This document shows, piece after piece, positions 18,135-25,537 of a DNA stretch of 25,537 nt (position 1 is the stretch's first letter; the number at the start of each line of letters is the position of its first letter). The notes under the pieces were generated by a model. That model was not told where the DNA came from. It worked only from the letters and a program-made list of their open reading frames with translations, and did not search any database. The stretch is taken from assembly GCA_034722055.1 (NCBI GenBank), contig JAYENL010000235.1, positions 1 through 25,537 of the forward strand, in the 5' to 3' direction. Source of the DNA: Armatimonadota bacterium. Lineage in GTDB: Bacteria; Armatimonadota; Zipacnadia; Zipacnadales; UBA5352. The translations under genes were made by a program, and so were the position numbers.

Positions 18135-18863
18135 GTGCGCGGTAGCAACGGGAACACGGTGCTGCTAGTTGAGGACGACGCGGATCTGGCTGCGGCTATC
18201 GGAAGGAAGTTCTCATCCTCGGAGCTTCGTCTGCTACACACTCCTCTGGGCGGGGCCGCCCTTGAGTTGGTTCGGACCCGCCAGCCCGACCTGATGATTC
18301 TGGATCTGATGCTGCCGGACATGCCCGGTGAGCAGGTCCTGGTCGAGACCCGGGGTGAGAGCAACATCCCCGTCATCATCATCTCGGCCAAGGCCGACGA
18401 GCCTGACAGGATCAACGGGCTCCAGACCGGCGCGGATGATTACGTCACGAAGCCGCTGAGCCTGAGCGAGCTGCTGGCCCGGGTGGAGGCTCTGCTGCGC
18501 CGATCCCGTATCGCGCCGATCGCGAAGAACAACGGCGACGGGCGTCCGACGATGTCTGCACTCTCCTTCGGGGGCATCGAGGTGCTGCTATCCGAGCGGG
18601 AGGCGCGTCTGAACGGTGAGCTGCTCGACCTGTCCCCGACCGAGTTCAAGCTGCTGCGCCTTCTCGTCGAGCGCGGTGGCAGCGCCGTCAGTGCGGAGCG
18701 CATCGTCGATGCCGTGTGGAAGTACGACGGCTACGACCGCCACATCGTGGAGACGAACATCTACCGCCTGCGTAAGAAGATAGAGGACGACCCAGCGAAT
18801 CCCCAGCGACTGGTGACCGTTCGCGGCTTCGGCTATAAGCTCACTTCGCCGGACGAGGCGTAG
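18135..18863 (+). CDS. OmpR/PhoB-family response regulator (intact receiver plus winged helix)
   Basis: LVEDD, ILDLMLPD, IISA, GADDYVTKP, LSPTEFKLL, YRLRKKIEDDP...TVRGFGY. Confidence 0.95.
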   Translation: MRGSNGNTVLLVEDDADLAAAIGRKFSSSELRLLHTPLGGAALELVRTRQPDLMILDLMLPDMPGEQVLVETRGESNIPVIIISAKADEPDRINGLQTGADDYVTKPLSLSELLARVEALLRRSRIAPIAKNNGDGRPTMSALSFGGIEVLLSEREARLNGELLDLSPTEFKLLRLLVERGGSAVSAERIVDAVWKYDGYDRHIVETNIYRLRKKIEDDPANPQRLVTVRGFGYKLTSPDEA

Positions 18864-18906
18864 GGGGTAGCCTGCGACTTTTGCGGCTGTGCGAACTCGC
18901 GTCCGT

Positions 18907-19698
18907 CTACTGCTCCCCGTCATCCGTGACGGGGAGTATCTTGTACCCGTAGCCGGCGACATGAATGATGCGCTGCGGGTGCACGGGGTCTTTCTCGAGC
19001 GCATCACGCAACGCCATCATCGCGTCCCCGAGCGCAGACTGGTCCCTGCTGCCTTCCGGCCAGGCGCGAGCGACGAGCAACTCCGGGGAGACCACCCGCG
19101 GGGAGTGCTCGATGAGCACACGCAGCACCGACGCCTGACTCGGCGACAACGCTACCTCTCGCTCGCCGACCGTGAGGGCATGTGTGTTGAGGTCCAGAGC
19201 CAGATCCCCCAGCCGCAGCATGCGCCCCTCCGGATCCTCAAGCACAGGTGTCTGTGTTGCCACCTGTGCCGCCGGCCGCTCCCTCAGCAGCCGCATGGCG
19301 CGGGCCACCACCTCGGTCACGCGGAACGGTCGCGTGACGTAGTCATCGACATCCCGAAGGACATCGATGAGTTGGTCTTCGACTGGCGAGAGGATGCCGA
19401 CCAGGAGCACCGGCGCCTGCGTGATGTACTGCAGCCGCTCGCAGGCGTCGATGCCGGAGCCATCATCGAGCGCCGCGCCCATCACGATCAGGGCCGGCTC
19501 GTACAGCTCAGTGAGATGAAGAGCGCGAGCCCCCGATGGCGTGGCTACCACGGACAACCCCTCGGCCTCGAGAGCCTGTTGCAGGTGCTCGCGGACCTCT
19601 TCATCTCTCTCTACGACGAGAATCGTGGCGCTCATTGGTCCCACCGTGGGAATAGATGTCGAGTCCCAGGGCTCGATAGCGCCCTCTCGGAGAAGCAT
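18907..19698 (-). CDS. Atypical OmpR-family regulator with pseudo-receiver domain
   Basis: Receiver plus winged-helix layout (DDYVTRPF, DPVHPQRIIHVAGYGYK), but the phospho-Asp position is Gly. TGATG overlap with the upstream gene; alternative start 19635. Confidence 0.8.
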   Translation of the reverse strand: MLLREGAIEPWDSTSIPTVGPMSATILVVERDEEVREHLQQALEAEGLSVVATPSGARALHLTELYEPALIVMGAALDDGSGIDACERLQYITQAPVLLVGILSPVEDQLIDVLRDVDDYVTRPFRVTEVVARAMRLLRERPAAQVATQTPVLEDPEGRMLRLGDLALDLNTHALTVGEREVALSPSQASVLRVLIEHSPRVVSPELLVARAWPEGSRDQSALGDAMMALRDALEKDPVHPQRIIHVAGYGYKILPVTDDGEQ

Positions 19699-20579
19699 CA
19701 GTTGCCCATCAGCTCCTGCATGTACTCGCGAACGGAGAGGCCCACCTCCGGATCGTTGAGGCTGAACCGGATGAACGCGCGACTGTATTGGAGGAAGTTG
19801 TCAACGTCAAACGGCCCCTCCCCGGGCTTCATCATGGCGGCCCACACCGACTCCCTGGTGTGTACCACTCTGCGCAGTGCTTCGGGCAGGCGCAGCTCAC
19901 CGGTCGCGGTGCGGGGCAGCTCCTTCAGGTAATCGAAGATGATCGGCTGCAGCACGTACCGGCCGACCACGGCGATGTCGCTTGGTGCCTCATCGACCGG
20001 CGGCTGATCGATGATATCCTCCACCATGAAATGCGGCTTGCCCTCCACCGGCCCGAATGACTTCACAATTGCATGGTGGCTGACCTCCGACTTCGGCACC
20101 CGCCGCACGGCCAGCACCGCGTCGCCCGCAGTGTTGTCCATCACGTCCACCATCCGCGAGATCAGACGAACGGGGCCATTCGGACCGGACAGGACGGTAT
20201 CGCCGCATGCGACGACAAAGGGCTCATCGCCGACAAACCCCTCGGCCTGAAGGAGGGAGTTGCCGAGGCCGTTGGGCATCGGCTGTCGGACGTAGTAGAT
20301 GTGGACGCGTCCCTGGCGGAGAGCTGGAGGGAACAGCTCACCGCCGGGGAGGCCGGCGTCGCCATCAGCGGCGAGATCGAAGTGATCCTCGATGGCCTGC
20401 TTCGAGTGGCTGGTGACGATGCAGATGTCCTCGATCCCCGCATTGATGAGCTCCTCGACGACGACGTGGATGGCGGGCTTGCGCCCCAGAGGGAGCATCT
20501 CCTTGGGCTGCGACTTGGTGATGGGGTACAGGCGCCTGCCCAGACCTAAGGCGGGAATGACGGCTCTTTTGACAGGCAT
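19698..20579 (-). CDS. GalU/GalF-like sugar-phosphate nucleotidyltransferase with divergent active site
   Basis: RAVIPALGLGRRLYPITKSQPKEMLP, RQPMPNGLG, APSDIAVVGRY. SD AGGAG upstream. Confidence 0.85.
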   Translation of the reverse strand: MPVKRAVIPALGLGRRLYPITKSQPKEMLPLGRKPAIHVVVEELINAGIEDICIVTSHSKQAIEDHFDLAADGDAGLPGGELFPPALRQGRVHIYYVRQPMPNGLGNSLLQAEGFVGDEPFVVACGDTVLSGPNGPVRLISRMVDVMDNTAGDAVLAVRRVPKSEVSHHAIVKSFGPVEGKPHFMVEDIIDQPPVDEAPSDIAVVGRYVLQPIIFDYLKELPRTATGELRLPEALRRVVHTRESVWAAMMKPGEGPFDVDNFLQYSRAFIRFSLNDPEVGLSVREYMQELMGN

Positions 20580-20819
20580 GGCAGCTCCTAGCTTCCGGCG
20601 GTGATATGCGCGATCGGCGTTGGCACTCGGCGCACACCCCAGGGCGCTAGTGCCTCGCCCACCATCGCCGTGCAGGGCTTGACTGCCACCGGGTTGGCGA
20701 GGCCGCTCGCCATACCGGGAGGCAGATCCGGCCTTCTCGCGTCCTGACGATATACCAGACGAATCCCACCAATGCTCGTCACTGATCTCTCCACTCGGCG
20801 GACATGTCTCGTCATCACA

Positions 20820-21962
20820 TCAGCTCTCGGCAGCAGCGGCCGTCGCGGAGTCCGGAGGCTCAGACTCGGACAGCGCCTGTTGCTGTCGAGCTGCATGTCC
20901 CACCAGCGAGTCGCATGTATTAATCTTCTCGCGTGCCCACCGGATAGCCTTCCTGCGCAGATGGTCGAGTCCGTATCTCGGGATGTAGTAGAAGCGCTTG
21001 TACGCCGTACCCAGCATATCGTTGCCGATGCAGTGTCCCTGCTTGGGGTAGAGAAGGAACTGGCGATCGGCCTCCAGGCCGAACAGCAGCAGCTCCGTGA
21101 CGGTGTCCTCGATCTGTGCAACCGGGTGCACGAAGCTTATCCCGTGCGAGCCGTACCACTGCTCCCGCACCGCGAGCATCTCCGGGTCGCCCTGGCTGAG
21201 CTGGTAGCTGACCCTCAGATCCGAGCCGTCGGCGACGACCTTCACGCCGTGCTCGGCCGCGTATCTGAGGGTGCCGATGTCGAAGGACATCTTGCAGGCA
21301 AGGCACGGCCAGCCGATTGGAGCCGTCCCGAACCTGCGCAGGTCGGCCAGGTAGTCGCCGAAGAGCAGGGCCTTCAGGCCTTCGGTGGCGTCGATCTGCC
21401 GGTGAACGATGAGGTCATGGCCGAAGAGATCAGCCAGCTTCTGTGCGTTCACCCGGCTCTGACCTGAGTCCCGGATGAAGGGATGATGGAACGTAAGCAG
21501 ATGTACCCGCTCGAAGGCCAGTGCACTGAGGACCGCAGCCACCGTGGAGTCCGCCCCACCCGAGTACTGCACGATCAACTCGGGACCGTGCGAGAGGGAG
21601 TCGCCGAAGGCCGTCCTCGCATACTCGGTCGTCAGCAGCGACCTGCGGGCGGGATCGACGCCCAGGCGCTGGAGGAGCTCGCCGGTGAGCACCTGGCCCT
21701 TACGGTCCGCCGCCTGGAGCTGCTCGCATAGCTCCCGCGTCTGCCGGCGGCTTCTGACCCGTCCGGATGCGTGCTGGCGCTTGTGCTCACCCTGACCATC
21801 GTAGAGCGAGGGGAGGAGCCTCAGACCGATCCCGGCAGTGGACCGGAGCAGACGCAGCCAGGCGCAGCGCAGCCCCAGCGTACACATGCCGGTTGTCATG
21901 GCTCCGATCAGCCACGTCCCGGCTCCAGCCACTGCTTTCCCCATTCGTGCGACCACCGACAT
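20820..21962 (-). CDS. Uncharacterised PP-loop ATP pyrophosphatase (adenine nucleotide alpha-hydrolase) with CxxC
   Basis: QYSGGADST PP-loop, WPCLACK, VADG and a distal QGHC. Start uncertain (21962 or 22016). Confidence 0.7.
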   Translation of the reverse strand: MSVVARMGKAVAGAGTWLIGAMTTGMCTLGLRCAWLRLLRSTAGIGLRLLPSLYDGQGEHKRQHASGRVRSRRQTRELCEQLQAADRKGQVLTGELLQRLGVDPARRSLLTTEYARTAFGDSLSHGPELIVQYSGGADSTVAAVLSALAFERVHLLTFHHPFIRDSGQSRVNAQKLADLFGHDLIVHRQIDATEGLKALLFGDYLADLRRFGTAPIGWPCLACKMSFDIGTLRYAAEHGVKVVADGSDLRVSYQLSQGDPEMLAVREQWYGSHGISFVHPVAQIEDTVTELLLFGLEADRQFLLYPKQGHCIGNDMLGTAYKRFYYIPRYGLDHLRRKAIRWAREKINTCDSLVGHAARQQQALSESEPPDSATAAAAES

Positions 21963-22000
21963 TCGCAGTGCCCCTTGTCGTAAAGGCGGCCCCTGAACGG

Positions 22001-23161
22001 CTACCCCGCGACACACGCCGCCCGATGCTCACGTCTGCTGCCGAGCTTGGTGAGCGCACGCTCGTAGACGGCCTCGAAGCCGTCGGTCGTCTTCTCCCAG
22101 TCATACTCCCGGGCCACGTAGCGTCGTGCGACATCGAACTGATCGGCGACCACGTAGGGACAGGCCAGGAGCTCGGCGAGCGTACGGCGCAGATCGTCCG
22201 CGTCGCGGGACCTGAAGGTGCGGCCGCATTCCCCCTCGCCCAGGGCCTCAAGGTTCCCCGGGATGTCACTGGCGAGCACGCACCTGCCGTAACTCAGGGC
22301 CTCCAGAACGGCCATCGAGAGCCCCTCGAGAGTCGATGGCTGCACGTAGAGATATGCGTTGGAGAACAGCTCGGCGAGCACGCTCCCATGCTGATAGCCG
22401 GCGAAGATGACGTTGGGGCCAGCCTGCTGGTGCAGCCGGTCCACGTAGGGATCCCTGAAGTTGGTGCCGCCCACGATCACAAGCTTCTTGTCAGTGTCAA
22501 TAGCCTCATAGGCCGAGATGAGATACTCCAGTCCCTTCTCCGGAGTGAGCCGGCCAACGAAGAGCAGGTACTCCCCGGGCTCGAGCCCCCACTGCTCGCG
22601 GATCTGTCTCGCCGGAAGCAGCTCCGGTATTTCGACGCCGCTGGGAATGTAGGTGGTGTCGCGGCCAAAGGTGCGCCGATAGAACTGGCGCAACTGCTTC
22701 GACACCACCGTGACCTCGTGGGCGAAGGCGATGGGAACCCGGGCGGCCATGCGCATCGCCGCCGTGGCCAGAGGTCCCCACTTCGCGCCTGTCCAGTCCA
22801 GGCTGTGAATCGTCGCCACCACAGGACGACCGCGTCGAAGCCGCAGCAGCGGTGCGACCACCGCCGGGGCGGAGCCATGGATGTGCACCACGTCGAAGTC
22901 CCGGCCGAGGGCGTCTATCGCAGAGGAGACCGTGTGCGTGAGGGCGTCGAGGTACTTGCCGCGCAGACCCGCAGACAGCTTCCGCTCAACGCCCTTGTGG
23001 GGCGAGATGGGCGGAGTCTCGTCATCCGGCAAGTACTGGCGCCGGCAGTAGACGACCACCTCATGCCCGCGGGCCACCAGGCGCGAGCCGATCTGCTCCG
23101 TGTACGTGCAGATGCCTCCGGGACACGGGATGGCCTTGACCCCAAGCATGGCGATCTTCAT
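22001..23161 (-). CDS. Glycosyltransferase family 4
   Basis: MKIAMLGVKAIP..GG, FVGRLTPEKG, EGLSMAVLEALSYG, SDIPGNLE. ATG 23161 lies 7 nt after GGAG. Confidence 0.9.
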   Translation of the reverse strand: MKIAMLGVKAIPCPGGICTYTEQIGSRLVARGHEVVVYCRRQYLPDDETPPISPHKGVERKLSAGLRGKYLDALTHTVSSAIDALGRDFDVVHIHGSAPAVVAPLLRLRRGRPVVATIHSLDWTGAKWGPLATAAMRMAARVPIAFAHEVTVVSKQLRQFYRRTFGRDTTYIPSGVEIPELLPARQIREQWGLEPGEYLLFVGRLTPEKGLEYLISAYEAIDTDKKLVIVGGTNFRDPYVDRLHQQAGPNVIFAGYQHGSVLAELFSNAYLYVQPSTLEGLSMAVLEALSYGRCVLASDIPGNLEALGEGECGRTFRSRDADDLRRTLAELLACPYVVADQFDVARRYVAREYDWEKTTDGFEAVYERALTKLGSRREHRAACVAG

Positions 23162-23199
23162 CAGCATTCTCCGGGGTGCGCATCGCAACAGCCTCAGCG

Positions 23200-24252
23200 T
23201 CACTCGCTCGGAACCTGGTCTCCCGCCACCACGGGCGAGGCATCATCCGCAGGCTGCCCGTCACAGTCAGATCCAACCGACAGGAAAGCCCCTTCGAGCT
23301 CCTGGTCAAAAGGGGCTTCCGGCTCTTCCTCAGCGATCCCCTCTTCTGGCTCGGGAGCGCTCATCTGCCTCTGAGTGTCGTACAGCCAGCCGATGAACAG
23401 CACGAATGAGAGCACCGCAGCGAAGTAGACGACGAGGTCCGAGAAGCCGTGCACGACCACTCCCAGTGCGAAGTCAGCACCGAGGTACTCCGCGAGCAGA
23501 AGCACGAAGACCAGACGGACGACGTTCGCGAACAGCACCAGGGGAACGATTATCGCGATGGCTGCGACCCTGCGAAAAGGGCCGAGGCCTGACAGCTCGA
23601 CAAGCACGAACCCGGTGAGGAGCAGGGCCACCAGCGAGTGCATTCCGCTGCACTCCTGTGCGACCACGAAGTCGAACCCGTGGAGATCAAGGGTGATGCC
23701 CTGCTGCACGACGGACAGGCCGAGGAGGGGCGCGGCCTTGGCAGCGATGACCGCCGAGACCTGCTGCATGGGCATCGCGGCCATCCCGATGGCGTGCTCG
23801 GGAAAGGGGACCGCGAATATCAGGACCGCAATGGGTGCGGCTACGATGCGCAGCGTGCGCATTCCGTACATCGCGCCCACGATACCGGCCAGTATGACGG
23901 GCAGCGCCAGCCCTGCCACTATGCGCACGCCGGTGCGAGCGAACACCCAGTACAGCACAAGCCCCATGACCAGCAGGGCAAGAGCGGATCCGGAGGCTGA
24001 CGGCTGCTCCTCCGTCAGGCGTTCCCAGCGCCGCCACAGCAGCCAGCCTGCGATCGCCGGCACCGCAACGCAGTGGTAGTAGGCGGGCGTCTCGAACCAC
24101 CGCGCCAGCCATACCTGCCCGACCTGCCAGTACATGGCGACCAGCACAATGAGAGCTGCCGCCCCCCACAGCAGCTCGCGCCGGGGCTTCCTCTGCGTGC
24201 CGAGCGCAGTGCCCGCTCGCGCAACCGATTGGCCTATCTCTGTCTTCCGCAT
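23200..24252 (-). CDS. Exosortase (EpsH/Xrt family), no EpsI domain
   Basis: Multi-TM protein with Cys-Arg-His triad motifs VAQECSGMHSL, ANVVR and VHGF; also YYH and FAVPFP. Start set at ATG 24252. Confidence 0.92.
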   Translation of the reverse strand: MRKTEIGQSVARAGTALGTQRKPRRELLWGAAALIVLVAMYWQVGQVWLARWFETPAYYHCVAVPAIAGWLLWRRWERLTEEQPSASGSALALLVMGLVLYWVFARTGVRIVAGLALPVILAGIVGAMYGMRTLRIVAAPIAVLIFAVPFPEHAIGMAAMPMQQVSAVIAAKAAPLLGLSVVQQGITLDLHGFDFVVAQECSGMHSLVALLLTGFVLVELSGLGPFRRVAAIAIIVPLVLFANVVRLVFVLLLAEYLGADFALGVVVHGFSDLVVYFAAVLSFVLFIGWLYDTQRQMSAPEPEEGIAEEEPEAPFDQELEGAFLSVGSDCDGQPADDASPVVAGDQVPSE

Positions 24253-24282
24253 GAGATCAGGGCTTGGCCCTCCGTCGGTTTT

Positions 24283-24316
24283 GGGGCGCCGGCGCCCTCG
24301 CGGTCGCCGGCGCCCC
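24283..24316 (-). terminator. GC-rich hairpin after the second PEP-CTERM-type gene (no U-tract)
   Basis: Perfect 12-bp stem GGGGCGCCGGCG/CGCCGGCGCCCC, 16 nt after the stop codon. Confidence 0.55.
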
Positions 24317-24332
24317 GGGCAGCCGTGATGTG

Positions 24333-24947
24333 TTACGACTGGCGGCGTCTCCTGTACCCAATCCAACCAAGGATCGGGATGCCCTGCCCCAGGAGCAACA
24401 TCAGGGGCGAGAGCTCAGGAGACGGACCTGTGGTCACGTCAGTGTCGTATTCGCCGCCACAGCCTGACACGTACCAGTCCCGATCGTGCGGAGGCTCGGA
24501 GCTGTGGAAGGTGAATGTCCCGGCGTCGCCCGGCGTCTGCGGATCTGTACCCAGGCTCGCACGCCCCCATAGGATGGCGGGCATGGAGCCGGTATTCAGG
24601 TACTTGCCGGACTGCCCGAGCACACCGTCCCAACTCGGCACCTCACCGGGTTGGAGAACCTCACCATCTCGCCACGCGTACTTCGTAGTGTCAGTGTGTG
24701 AGATGGTCGTGACATCGACACCGTACGCCCCGTCGAGCCAGAAGCCTTCTATCGGGCTCGAGAGGTCCTCCACGATGTCCAGGTCGTACGTGTAGGTATA
24801 CGACCCACCGCCGGAGTACGTGACGGTCACGTCGAACACGAAGGCTGTGTACGCTGGCTCTGCGAGTGCCCCATGCGAGGCGAGCACCAGCAGTGCCAGA
24901 CACATCACGGCCACTGCAAGCCAGTTGAGGCTTGCTCTGCCCTGCAT
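24333..24947 (-). CDS. Secreted protein with variant PEP-CTERM sorting signal (GPSPEL)
   Basis: Signal peptide ending ALA|E. C-terminus TTGPSPELSPLMLLLGQGIPILGWIGYRRRRQS. Adjacent to the exosortase; SD GAGGGGG. Confidence 0.85.
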   Translation of the reverse strand: MQGRASLNWLAVAVMCLALLVLASHGALAEPAYTAFVFDVTVTYSGGGSYTYTYDLDIVEDLSSPIEGFWLDGAYGVDVTTISHTDTTKYAWRDGEVLQPGEVPSWDGVLGQSGKYLNTGSMPAILWGRASLGTDPQTPGDAGTFTFHSSEPPHDRDWYVSGCGGEYDTDVTTGPSPELSPLMLLLGQGIPILGWIGYRRRRQS

Positions 24948-25124
24948 CCGTACTACCCCCTCTCTGTGAGGGTCCCCGTTGTAGCCATGTTCGGGGACGT
25001 GTCGTCTCCGGCCACACAGGCCTTGAGCGCACGTCCCTGATGTGCGACCGCGTGGTCTTCATTGGGGAGGCCAGCAGCGTCGGCCGCGTGACCTCCCCAG
25101 GTGCATCCCGATCAAGGTCCAGGT

Positions 25125-25158
25125 GGGGTGCCGCACGACCTCAGCCGGGCGACACCCC
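25125..25158 (-). terminator. GC-rich hairpin after the first PEP-CTERM gene
   Basis: Minus strand GGGGTGTCGC...GCGGCACCCC, a 10-bp stem with one G-U pair plus an inner stem, 22 nt after the stop. Confidence 0.5.
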
Positions 25159-25180
25159 GGAACAGCGTTACGTCCAGCGG

Positions 25181-25537
25181 TTAGTCGTCGCGGCGCCGGC
25201 GCATCAGCAGACCCGCGGGCAGACCGAGCGCCAACAGAGCCATGCTGATCGGCTCAGGCGTCGGTCCGGAGACTTCGCCAGATACCGTGTTGGCCGCGTC
25301 ACTCTCCGCACAACCTTCATAGATGTTGTGCGGAGGCGCCTTGCTCCTGATCTTCATGTGGTCAAGGGTCTCGCCGTAGGCGATGGGGTCTCCAGTATCC
25401 GTCTTGCTCCAGCCAATGGAGTACATGCCATAGCCATAAACCCAGCCAGTGGGCTTATCGCAGTACTCGAAGCTGACGCACTTAGGTACGTTATAGCCCC
25501 ACCCAACTACCCCCTGCTCGCGCCAGCTATGGTTCTT
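25181..25537 (-). CDS. PEP-CTERM protein, 5' end beyond the window
   Basis: Frame is open to the window edge (KNHSWREQGVVGWGY...). It ends VSGPTPEPISMALLALGLPAGLLMRRRRDD. Confidence 0.9.
   Translation of the reverse strand, partial: KNHSWREQGVVGWGYNVPKCVSFEYCDKPTGWVYGYGMYSIGWSKTDTGDPIAYGETLDHMKIRSKAPPHNIYEGCAESDAANTVSGEVSGPTPEPISMALLALGLPAGLLMRRRRDD

Noticed and set aside
18864..18906. Bidirectional terminator between the convergent regulators; GGTAGCCTGC also occurs at 10441
   Set aside because: The stem is weak and imperfect, and a 10-bp match is compatible with chance.
20620..20640. TTGGCAC as a sigma54 -24 element
   Set aside because: No TTGC at -12, and it points against the local genes. 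No sigma54 site was found before the PEP-CTERM gene either.

Overview
GC-rich bacterial cell-envelope locus. Two tandem PEP-CTERM-type surface proteins and an exosortase head a minus-strand gene run at the right end. That run continues with a GT4, a CxxC PP-loop ATPase, a degenerate GalU-like protein and a pseudo-response regulator. It converges on an orphan OmpR-family regulator and on a ~14.6 kb plus-strand polysaccharide/glycan synthesis and modification run: three GT4s, a divergent deacetylase, a D-cysteine desulfhydrase-family enzyme, an ATP-grasp ligase, a GlmU-like transferase/GHMP kinase fusion, a 4-epimerase, a GT-C transferase and an AsnB-like synthetase lacking its catalytic Cys. 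At the left end a divergently transcribed CE4 deacetylase and Wzx flippase share a promoter region containing two mirror-image TGTGA-N6-TGTGA boxes. All calls come from motif reading by eye; no searches were run. No rRNA, tRNA, CRISPR array or mobile element was recognised.
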